Positions 18,764 through 26,756 of a stretch of 64,000 bases of DNA are shown one piece after another. The translations under genes and the position numbers were made by a program. Source of the DNA: an uncultured Pseudobdellovibrionaceae bacterium (GTDB taxonomy: Bacteria > Bdellovibrionota > FAC87 > UBA2466); assembly GCA_964616705.1 (NCBI GenBank), contig CAZTRP010000008.1, forward strand, positions 88,799 through 152,798. Direction: 5' to 3'. How positions within the stretch are numbered: position 1 is the stretch's first letter; every line of letters starts with the position of its first letter. The notes beneath the pieces are model-generated. The model did not search any database. It saw nothing but the letters and a program-made list of their open reading frames with translations, and was not told the origin of the DNA.

Positions 18764-20249
18764 CTGCCGATCTCAACTGCTTCAATTTGGGCTGCTGATT
18801 GGGGTTCTGTACTTTGTAGTATCCCCCGGTTACCTGACGTCGATTGATGCCGCGCCATCGATAGATACTGCGATGGCAATCCTAAAAGACTGGACCTTTT
18901 CAATTGAGCCCAAGGTTGAAATGGGAGGGCACTATTTCCAGTCTGCGACAGGAGAGACGTTTTCGCGCATGGGCATTGGGAGTGTTCTCTTCTACCTGTT
19001 TCCGTGTGCTTTGAGCATTCTCATAGCGAAGCTTGCTAATATTCCTCAAACGATCGTGTTGGGCTTTCTCGTATCCTTTTTAACATCCATGATGGCAGCG
19101 TTTTGCGTTCTTCTTGTCTTTTACGCTCACCAGCTATCGGGCCGCTCGAACCACAAGATTTGGATCGCTGGCACCGCATTAGGATTCGGAACACTGATGC
19201 TGCCGGGATCGAAGTTGCACACGCGCGATATGCTTCAATGTTTTGCAATGACCCTTGCCGCTGTTGGTTGGCTTCTACAGGACCGTAACGAGCAGGAATA
19301 CCGATGGTGGGGACTTTTTGGGTCGTTGGCAGCGGCCTTTGGAATTTTGGTGAAACAGACCTTTATCTTAACGCTTCTTCCTTTGTTCGTAGCAAGGACC
19401 TACAGGAATGTTTCATTGGGACGCCGTGCCGCCTTGTGGAACGATGCATTTGTTCTGTCGGCTTCGATTCTGATTTTATTTGCCCATCAGTACTTTGTTT
19501 TCGGGGGGATACTAGAAACGGGATATAGCCAAAAGACCCTCGTATACGATGCAGATGTTTGGAAAACTGGCTTTCTAAGTGGGGTGTACCAACAGCTTTT
19601 CGCGATAAACTCGGGTCTTTTTATCCTTTGTCCGGTTCTGTTGCTTCTTGTCTCGGCAATCATCTGGCACCTCATGCATCGGAAGGCCTCGGTCTACGAT
19701 TTTGCCTTTTGCGGCGCTATTGCGCTTCAAGCCGCCTTTTATGCTAAATGGTACTCGCCCCTTGGTTCTTCAGCGCTTGGTCCTCGCTACCTCATTGCCG
19801 TGTTGCCTCTGTTTTTCCTGGTTGGTGTTTTTCACAAAGATTTTGGCAAGGAATTTTGCGCAAAGCCTTGGATTCGTTCAATCGGCATCGCAGTTCTTGT
19901 GCTGTCGGTCTCGATGCAGCTCCTGTTTTCTGTGGTTAAGTCAACGCAGGCACGAAAAATTATCAACGCAGGTTATCAGCCCGGCGCAAAGTCTCGTGCA
20001 CTCATCTACGTAGACTTTAAATTACTCACACACAAGCTCTTCCAAGATGACGAGATATACTGCTTTGGCGACCTATTCTTCAATCATCCGGGAGGGGGCG
20101 TAGACGTGAGCGGAACGCCGACGTGGCAGGGGTTCGACCTGTGGGTCGTTCACTCAATGCGACTCAGAAAGTCAGTGCAGTATGATCAAAGTAAAATCAG
20201 CATCAATACACCAGAGGTAATTGCTCGGTGTGGGGAGCCACTGAGTTAG
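18753..20249 (+). CDS. Multi-pass membrane protein, putative GT-C fold glycosyltransferase (ArnT/PMT-like)
   Basis: At least 10 predicted TM helices with an N-terminal loop region, and embedded in a glycosyltransferase cluster. The assignment rests on architecture only. Confidence 0.35.
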   Translation: MPNNCRSQLLQFGLLIGVLYFVVSPGYLTSIDAAPSIDTAMAILKDWTFSIEPKVEMGGHYFQSATGETFSRMGIGSVLFYLFPCALSILIAKLANIPQTIVLGFLVSFLTSMMAAFCVLLVFYAHQLSGRSNHKIWIAGTALGFGTLMLPGSKLHTRDMLQCFAMTLAAVGWLLQDRNEQEYRWWGLFGSLAAAFGILVKQTFILTLLPLFVARTYRNVSLGRRAALWNDAFVLSASILILFAHQYFVFGGILETGYSQKTLVYDADVWKTGFLSGVYQQLFAINSGLFILCPVLLLLVSAIIWHLMHRKASVYDFAFCGAIALQAAFYAKWYSPLGSSALGPRYLIAVLPLFFLVGVFHKDFGKEFCAKPWIRSIGIAVLVLSVSMQLLFSVVKSTQARKIINAGYQPGAKSRALIYVDFKLLTHKLFQDDEIYCFGDLFFNHPGGGVDVSGTPTWQGFDLWVVHSMRLRKSVQYDQSKISINTPEVIARCGEPLS

Positions 20250-20277
20250 AATCCTTGTCGTTTCATTCGACAAAAAA

Positions 20278-20700
20278 CTAACGAACTGAAGCCTTGCGCC
20301 GTGGTTTCTTCGACTTCATATTGATATCCAAAAGTGGCTCCAGTATTTCCTTGGCCTTTTCTCCGTCGCCGTCCGCCATGTGGTAAAGCGCGCTTGCAAA
20401 AAGAGATAGAAAGGGATTGGCCTCTGAATTTAACGCCTGTTCTGTGGGGACGCTAATACGGCGGTAATCCAAGTAGCCCAGAAAAACCGAAAAGGGTATG
20501 TAAAGAATGCTAAGGCCGACGATAAACAGTGCAAGGTTTGGAAAAATCTTGTTCAACCACGGCAGCCGTTCGATCACCAGGGAGTATTGGATTGTGCAAA
20601 AGTTCAGCGTAGACAGAACCATAAGCAAGTACACGCTATGGCCACGCCTGAAATATACCCACCAGTCGACAACTAACGAACGATTCGATTGACTCATCAC
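20278..20700 (-). CDS. Small membrane protein (2-3 TM), hypothetical
   Basis: A hydrophobic 140-aa ORF immediately upstream of the deacetylase gene on the same strand. Confidence 0.3.
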   Translation of the reverse strand: MMSQSNRSLVVDWWVYFRRGHSVYLLMVLSTLNFCTIQYSLVIERLPWLNKIFPNLALFIVGLSILYIPFSVFLGYLDYRRISVPTEQALNSEANPFLSLFASALYHMADGDGEKAKEILEPLLDINMKSKKPRRKASVR

Positions 20701-21569
20701 TATTGCTCCTGCAGACCGCGCTGCGTCTCGTTTGAAGGCATGCCTTCGCTCCAGAACGATTGAGAAAGAATGTCATCGACGGTTCTTGAATTAATAATTT
20801 CGCCTAAATTGCTCCAATTGACTACCTCGAATCCCAATCTTTGTGCCAATTCCAACCACGACGAGCTTGTGAAGTAGCAATAATCGCTTAGTCTTTTTTC
20901 ACCAGCGGCGGTGAACGTCGCGAGCATTTCGCTAGACTTTGCGGGGTGGATTAGGAGTTCTTGCACTGAATTGGCTGGTCGACTTTCTAAGTAAGCCTGA
21001 TAGAAAGCTTGTCTTTCATCTGCTGTATCGTAGTTATCCCAAATCATATGAGTCGGAATTCGCTCGCCACCGACCATTGCCGCACCCCGCAATGGAACGC
21101 CATACTCGTTGGCAAGATTTCTGGTGAGTTCGAATGTCTCTAGGCCAGCGTGCTGAGGTGAATTGAAAAACATGTGAGAGTCCAGATGCGATATTGGTAT
21201 CCCCGTTGCTAGGACCGTTTCAATCTGAGCCCTTAGTTCAGCCGCAATCTCCTCGGCCCTCGCCTGGGTACTAATCGGGAAGAAATCCGGATAGAAGCGC
21301 CCGTCGATCATGCAGAGGGACCCTACGGCAGCCGTCGGCAGAACAGGACGCAGAGGTAGGTTCTTGTATTCAGCCGATAGGGCCAAGTGGACGCCAACGC
21401 TCACCCACTCAAATCGTTTAACGGCGTTGGCGGCATCTTGAAAATAAGGGGCAGTGGGTAAAATGGAAACCGACGAAATCAGGCCCCCTTCCAAAATCTC
21501 AATTATGGCATCGTTGATGGTCGGATGCATTCCGAAGTCGTCGCAATTAATGAGGACTCGTGTGGCCAC
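20700..21569 (-). CDS. YdjC/ChbG/HpnK-family carbohydrate deacetylase
   Basis: The N-terminus INCDDFGMHPTINDAIIEILEGGLISSVSIL is typical of YdjC-like proteins. Confidence 0.75.
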   Translation of the reverse strand: MATRVLINCDDFGMHPTINDAIIEILEGGLISSVSILPTAPYFQDAANAVKRFEWVSVGVHLALSAEYKNLPLRPVLPTAAVGSLCMIDGRFYPDFFPISTQARAEEIAAELRAQIETVLATGIPISHLDSHMFFNSPQHAGLETFELTRNLANEYGVPLRGAAMVGGERIPTHMIWDNYDTADERQAFYQAYLESRPANSVQELLIHPAKSSEMLATFTAAGEKRLSDYCYFTSSSWLELAQRLGFEVVNWSNLGEIINSRTVDDILSQSFWSEGMPSNETQRGLQEQ

Positions 21570-22222
21570 TATGCCCTTGGACCAATCTGCATTACGTTCA
21601 TCGACCGCGAATCGATTTGGATTCGGCGGTCAAGATTCGCAAGCGCGGTAAAGAACGTGAACTGCTTTTTTAGGTCGTGTTGCCAGATGCGTTCGGGTTG
21701 TTTGGTCGTATTCTGCCAACTAGAATCCTTGGCACCATCGCCCAAATAGCCGGGATAGTAAGGCTCTTTGAAGAAGGTTATTCCAAACAGGCCAAGTCGC
21801 ACGATGGGTAGGTCTAGCAAGTGGCAAATAGCAACTAATCCAGTGTTCGGCGGCGTCCCTAGTTCGGTTGTTAAAGCGCGATAGCGCCACGATAAGTTTT
21901 CGGTGGGAATCTTCATGCTCTGGCAGTGTCGCCGCAATTCCTCTGCATCTGTATTGTTCTCAAAACAAATGTGCTGGACTGATTCAAACCCCGCAACGAA
22001 CATGCGTCGAATCGGGAAATCACCGTTGCAGCAATGAAAGAGCAGATCCATGCGACTGCCAAGGTCGTTCTCTAGCTCTTTCTTGATAGGCCACTGATGA
22101 TTAATTCTGGCCACCAAGTCATGCGATTCTATGGCCTTGCCAAACCCCGAACCAACGACAGAGGAGCTGGGGCCCACTATCGCAACTGTCTTGCCTGTCA
22201 CTAGCCGACGAAGGGTTTCCAA
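21569..22222 (-). CDS. Sialyltransferase-like (GT42/DUF115 MAF_flag10-like) putative glycosyltransferase
   Basis: KTVAIVGPSSS...HDLVARINHQ parallels the Cst-II N-terminus KKVIIAGNGPSL...FDVFRCNQ. Confidence 0.35.
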   Translation of the reverse strand: METLRRLVTGKTVAIVGPSSSVVGSGFGKAIESHDLVARINHQWPIKKELENDLGSRMDLLFHCCNGDFPIRRMFVAGFESVQHICFENNTDAEELRRHCQSMKIPTENLSWRYRALTTELGTPPNTGLVAICHLLDLPIVRLGLFGITFFKEPYYPGYLGDGAKDSSWQNTTKQPERIWQHDLKKQFTFFTALANLDRRIQIDSRSMNVMQIGPRA

Positions 22223-22329
22223 GTCGTTCCCAACCGATTAGTTTTAGATAGTGTGCACCGTGCTGTTTACATTAATATGAACGAATTATTGAGTCAAAGT
22301 CAGCATGACTTGGGGAAGTTGGCCGCGCT

Positions 22330-23220
22330 ATGTTATCTGCCTGTGTGGTGATTCCGTGTAGAAACGCGGCTCAGACGATTCATTCCTGCGTCACCTCCAT
22401 TCTCAATAACGATTACCCCTCCTTCGAAGTGATAGTCGTAGATGACTGCAGTGAGGATGAAAGTGTCGCTCGTCTGGAATCGATTAACGACCCGCGACTT
22501 CGGGTGCTAAAAACTCCCTTTCCCTCGGGTTCCGGACGGGCTCGTAATTTAGGTGCGGCTAGTTCAAGGGCCGAATTGGTTTTTTTTACAGATGCGGATT
22601 GTAGGGTTTCACCCCTGTGGATTTCCTCTGGTGTTAAGGCGCTGGAGGATAGCAAGGTCGTGGCAGTTGAAGGCCCCATCTATCGAGATAGGGAGGCGCA
22701 GTCCTTTGTAGACAAGCTACCTGTAAACCCGTTCTATCACTCCCTGCCAACCCAGATTCTTAACCAACCTAAACGCGATTTTGCTTGTGGCAATGTCGCT
22801 TATCGGCGCCTGGCGTTCGACACTTTGGGCGGATTCCGAGGCGAGCGATTTACTCTAGGACGGGAAGATACGGACTTGGCTTGGCGGGCCAAAACGCTTG
22901 GAGCGATCTCCTACGCCAAGGAAATGTCGATTCATCACGCATCGGAAGTGTGGACCTGGACCGATTTGAAATCCAGCGCCCTTCGTTACCGTGACGACGT
23001 CACATTTTACAAAGTTCATGGACATTTTTTCTTTAAGTGGATGTGCATCTTACATCCCAGGTTTTTCCTACTAATGGTGTTCCCGTTTTTGCTTCCTTTC
23101 TACTATCCAATTCGAAGTCGCGAGGAACTGCGATTTGTTGGGGAATTCTATCTGTACCTGGTGAGATTGCGATTGACCATATGGCGGGCCGCCTTTGCCC
23201 AAAGGGTCTTCGTTATCTGA
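22330..23220 (+). CDS. GT2 glycosyltransferase with C-terminal hydrophobic segment
   Basis: VVIPCRNAAQTI ... VIVVDDCSEDES ... FFTDADC, followed by a C-terminal TM-like region. Confidence 0.75.
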   Translation: MLSACVVIPCRNAAQTIHSCVTSILNNDYPSFEVIVVDDCSEDESVARLESINDPRLRVLKTPFPSGSGRARNLGAASSRAELVFFTDADCRVSPLWISSGVKALEDSKVVAVEGPIYRDREAQSFVDKLPVNPFYHSLPTQILNQPKRDFACGNVAYRRLAFDTLGGFRGERFTLGREDTDLAWRAKTLGAISYAKEMSIHHASEVWTWTDLKSSALRYRDDVTFYKVHGHFFFKWMCILHPRFFLLMVFPFLLPFYYPIRSREELRFVGEFYLYLVRLRLTIWRAAFAQRVFVI

Positions 23221-24718
23221 AGGCGGGATCAATAAAATGGCTTTTAGATGGATCCAGCGAACAGTCATCCTAACGGCAACATGGCCGCTTTTGTCTCAAG
23301 CCTATCGCATCCTGTACCTCGCGCAATTTTATCTGGCGGTTTACATTCTTAGAGGCATTTCCGATGTTCGTTATGTTTTTGTTCGTCGACCAGGTGCCTT
23401 GGCGGACCTTTATCCAGGGGACAGCGATATTGATTTATCGATCGTCTTTTACGGAAACTGCCAAGAATTCTTGCGCAAGTCTCGCCGGTGTAGAAGGGTG
23501 GTGTCAGCCCTCAAAAGATGTTTTCCGGTCTTAGGCGAGATCCGGATCCAATCGTCCGATGTGTTTTTGGCGCATTTTCCCGTATCGGTTGCGGACTATG
23601 AAACCTCTGGGGATCTGCATTGTTTTAAATCCAATAGGCGGATTACTAATTACTTTTCGACAGAAGCGGCAGGGCAGTGGTTGAGGGTGTGGTATGTTTT
23701 TTTTAATCAGATTCTCAGTCATTTGCCGGATTGGAATGGTTACGGATTTTATCGTCGGGCGATCAAGAACTGCCTAAAATTGAAATGGTTGACTACGTTT
23801 CGGCCTGAGGAAAGTGGGAATCCGCTCGTCTATCCAATTGCGACTCAGAAATCGAATCCTTTTTGGACCTCTTCTTCAAGCATTCTGATTGAGGTAGACG
23901 AGGTGCAGTCGATCTTAGCCGATCGCCAGTTGCCGTTTGACGATTCCGAAGCCATTAATATTGAGATTCGTCCCCCAGAAGAGTTTTCCAAATCGAGATG
24001 GTTCTTGGCAGTCAACCAGGCCTGTGACGATTTCCTCGGATGCGTGGATCCAGACAGTCTCAGTCTAAGTTTAGGTAGATTTCGTCTTTTTAATTTTTCT
24101 TGGGTGCTGGTCGTCAACGCAAAACAGCCGTTCCAAGAAGTAAGTGTGTCAAACTGGCGGTGTATCCGCGAGCTGGCCGATAGAATTGGTCGGTTGAATT
24201 TTCCGATTAGTACAGATCCTATTACTGTCATGACCACGGAGTCACATCGTGTCTTTAAGGCCCATGATCCACTGGGACACGGAATTTACAATTCAGGCTA
24301 CTGGTGTTTTTCTGAGCAGGCCTTCATAAAGCAGTCCCGGTTCTGCGTTTCTCCAGGGGTCTTGAGAGCGGAGCTAGCGAGGGTTATAGGGTTGATCCAA
24401 TCGTATTCGAATCTTTCGGGACTGACCCATGATTTTCTCGATCTTCTCATCGGACAACTTGCAGTAACAAATCGACTGCTTGGTGGAGTGAACATGTCTG
24501 TTTCTGGGGATCTCCTCTATGACTTTCACGGGAAGCTCCTGGTGGATTGGCCTTCCTTTGATGCGAAGCAGCAAGCTCTCTTTGATAGTTATCGATGTGG
24601 CGACAAGGCGAGCTTAGTCTCGGTTCGCACCTCGGACGCTTTTGAAATTTGGAATCCAATACTCTGTCACGAAACCGGTACCGCGATTGGTTTGCTAAAC
24701 AACGCTTCGCGTCTTTGA
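23195..24718 (+). CDS. Hypothetical protein with N-terminal Pol-beta-like nucleotidyltransferase motif
   Basis: The stretch ...PGALADLYPGDSDIDLSIVF resembles the NTase hG[GS]...DxD core. The remaining roughly 400 aa are uncharacterised. Confidence 0.3.
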   Translation: MPKGSSLSEGGINKMAFRWIQRTVILTATWPLLSQAYRILYLAQFYLAVYILRGISDVRYVFVRRPGALADLYPGDSDIDLSIVFYGNCQEFLRKSRRCRRVVSALKRCFPVLGEIRIQSSDVFLAHFPVSVADYETSGDLHCFKSNRRITNYFSTEAAGQWLRVWYVFFNQILSHLPDWNGYGFYRRAIKNCLKLKWLTTFRPEESGNPLVYPIATQKSNPFWTSSSSILIEVDEVQSILADRQLPFDDSEAINIEIRPPEEFSKSRWFLAVNQACDDFLGCVDPDSLSLSLGRFRLFNFSWVLVVNAKQPFQEVSVSNWRCIRELADRIGRLNFPISTDPITVMTTESHRVFKAHDPLGHGIYNSGYWCFSEQAFIKQSRFCVSPGVLRAELARVIGLIQSYSNLSGLTHDFLDLLIGQLAVTNRLLGGVNMSVSGDLLYDFHGKLLVDWPSFDAKQQALFDSYRCGDKASLVSVRTSDAFEIWNPILCHETGTAIGLLNNASRL

Positions 24719-24757
24719 AGCATTCAAGAAAGAAGCCGTTTCTTCCGATACTGTAGC

Positions 24758-25498
24758 GTGTCAACTCAACGCCCTTTACCTCGAGCGGTAACGCTCACTT
24801 TGCCAGATCACCTTCAACCATTCTTGGAGGTGGAAGGTGTGCGCTATGTTTTGCGTAATTTCAGTGAGGGAGGGCTGGGGGTATTGGTGCGGGGTGCAGT
24901 GCCGCCAGTATTCACCAAAGGCCGTAGTTTTCGCGCCGATTTGCTAGTGGGAAGTGAGCGTCACGGAGTAGAAGTTGAGGTAATGCGGATAGGAAAAGGT
25001 ATTGTAGGACTGAGAATCACCGAAAAGTCCAAAGACCTGTCTTTGATATTTCGGAAGCTTCTGGAGCCCACCTCCTACGCGGCTGAACTGCTTGAAAATC
25101 TCCAGTCCACCGAGGTAGACCGTGCTGTAGGCTTTCCCCGGCTCTGGTACTCCACGGCGGGTACCGAACTATTGATATGGTACGAAAGAGACACTCTCTC
25201 TGTCCTCGGTCTACAACTTCGTTGGATTGGTCAGTGGGTTTTTAGAGAGCGTCGTCAGCCCCCACAAACTGGGTATCTCGCGGAGTTTTCTGGATCAAAT
25301 CACGGTAGTCGTGCGAAACGTAACGAAATAAAGACCTTTCACGCCATACCTGATGCTCAACTTTTGCAAAGAGCTGGACAATTTCTCGTCTCTGTTCCTC
25401 GCCCCTTACCGGGCAATCTTCTTTGGCAGTTTCTCGAAAATGGGATGCAGATCCGACTGCCCGAAGCCCTCTGTCAGACCAAAAAACGCGCTGCTTAA
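24758..25498 (+). CDS. PilZ-domain (c-di-GMP-binding) protein
   Basis: RPLPR (RxxxR) lies about 25 aa upstream of NFSEGGLG (D/NxSxxG). Confidence 0.5.
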   Translation: MSTQRPLPRAVTLTLPDHLQPFLEVEGVRYVLRNFSEGGLGVLVRGAVPPVFTKGRSFRADLLVGSERHGVEVEVMRIGKGIVGLRITEKSKDLSLIFRKLLEPTSYAAELLENLQSTEVDRAVGFPRLWYSTAGTELLIWYERDTLSVLGLQLRWIGQWVFRERRQPPQTGYLAEFSGSNHGSRAKRNEIKTFHAIPDAQLLQRAGQFLVSVPRPLPGNLLWQFLENGMQIRLPEALCQTKKRAA

Positions 25499-26745
25499 TT
25501 TGCTGCTGGAAAACTGAGAGTAAAACAAGTGCCCTTGCCGACTTCACTCTCGACGTGAATGTGGCCATTGTGGTTGGTAACTATTTTTCGACTTACAGAA
25601 AGACCAATACCGGTTCCTTTATCGCCCTTAGTAGTAAAAAGGGGCTCAAAAAGACGGCTCATGTGCTCGGGGAGTATCCCACAGCCGGTATCGCGAATAG
25701 AAACACACACCTTTGAGTCTTTTACAAACGACTTAATGGTAAGCGTCCCGCCGGAGCCCTCCATGGAGTGTACGGCGTTGATTAGCAGGTTTAGAAAAAC
25801 TTGTCCAAGTTCGACGGGGTTGCCCATAATTCTAGGAATGCTGGGATCCCACTCTTCTTTTAGTTGAACTGAAGCCTTTTTTAGTTCGTGTTCAATAAGG
25901 CAGAGACATTCTTTGTACGGCTCGTAGAGGTTTACGCTCTCGCGCTTGGTTTGCATTTTCACCAGCGACTGTAAATCCCGTACAATCATCGCTCCTCGCT
26001 CGGCTGCGGTAGCGGTGACTTTCAGTGACGCTTTCAACTCTTCCGGATCATTTTTCTGCAGTGCCAGTTCCGCAATCCCCATGATTCGGTGGAGAATATT
26101 CCCAAATTCGTGTCCTATCCCTCGAGCAAGCGATCCTACGGCTGCTAGGCGTTCTGACTTTACTAGTTGCTCTTGCTGAAATTGGATTTGCTCGAGGTGC
26201 TCGGCTTCTCGCCGTCGTCGCTCCCAATTTGAGACCATGTTTCTGGCTTTTTGTAATATCTCATTGGTCGCAAACGGCTTGGTAAGAAAATCCCAACGGT
26301 CGGAGTATTCTTCTCCAAATATTCGGTTAATTTCATCGAGTGTACGATCCTGGTATGCGGTGACCACACAGCAAAGCAGATTCGGATCGATTTCTTTGGC
26401 GCGTCGGATGGTTTCGATGCCATCAATTCCGCTGCCGAGTTTTACGTCGAAAAATCCGCCTGCAAAAGGTTGTCCCGCTTTGAACGCAGTTTGGATTTCC
26501 AGAAGTGCTTGTTCGCCGCTTGTAACAAAGAGCGGATCCAATGCTTCGACAGCTGATGCTTGGGGTGTACTTGCTGCGAGCGCGGCGCCACTTCGCGAAG
26601 ATAGAATCCTCGGAGCCGCTCCTGCATTTGAAGACAAAATGATCCGGTAAGCTTCTAGAATGCCGGGTTCATCATCGACTATGAGCAAGCGTCGGTTCAT
26701 ACAATTCGGCGGTACTCCTTCGTTCTTCTTATCGGCAGAAACCAT
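25495..26745 (-). CDS. Hybrid response regulator / histidine kinase (REC, HisKA, HATPase_c)
   Basis: An N-terminal receiver domain (LLIVDDEPGILEAY) is followed by H-box GHEFGNIL, an N-box and a G-box GDKGTGIGL. Confidence 0.85.
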   Translation of the reverse strand: MVSADKKNEGVPPNCMNRRLLIVDDEPGILEAYRIILSSNAGAAPRILSSRSGAALAASTPQASAVEALDPLFVTSGEQALLEIQTAFKAGQPFAGGFFDVKLGSGIDGIETIRRAKEIDPNLLCCVVTAYQDRTLDEINRIFGEEYSDRWDFLTKPFATNEILQKARNMVSNWERRRREAEHLEQIQFQQEQLVKSERLAAVGSLARGIGHEFGNILHRIMGIAELALQKNDPEELKASLKVTATAAERGAMIVRDLQSLVKMQTKRESVNLYEPYKECLCLIEHELKKASVQLKEEWDPSIPRIMGNPVELGQVFLNLLINAVHSMEGSGGTLTIKSFVKDSKVCVSIRDTGCGILPEHMSRLFEPLFTTKGDKGTGIGLSVSRKIVTNHNGHIHVESEVGKGTCFTLSFPAAN

Positions 26746-26756
26746 TTGGAAATTGA

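Noticed and set aside
24719-24757. Possible terminator hairpin AAGAA-gccgt-TTCTT after the 23195-24718 ORF
   Set aside because: The stem is only 5 bp and no U-tract follows, so support is too weak to call.
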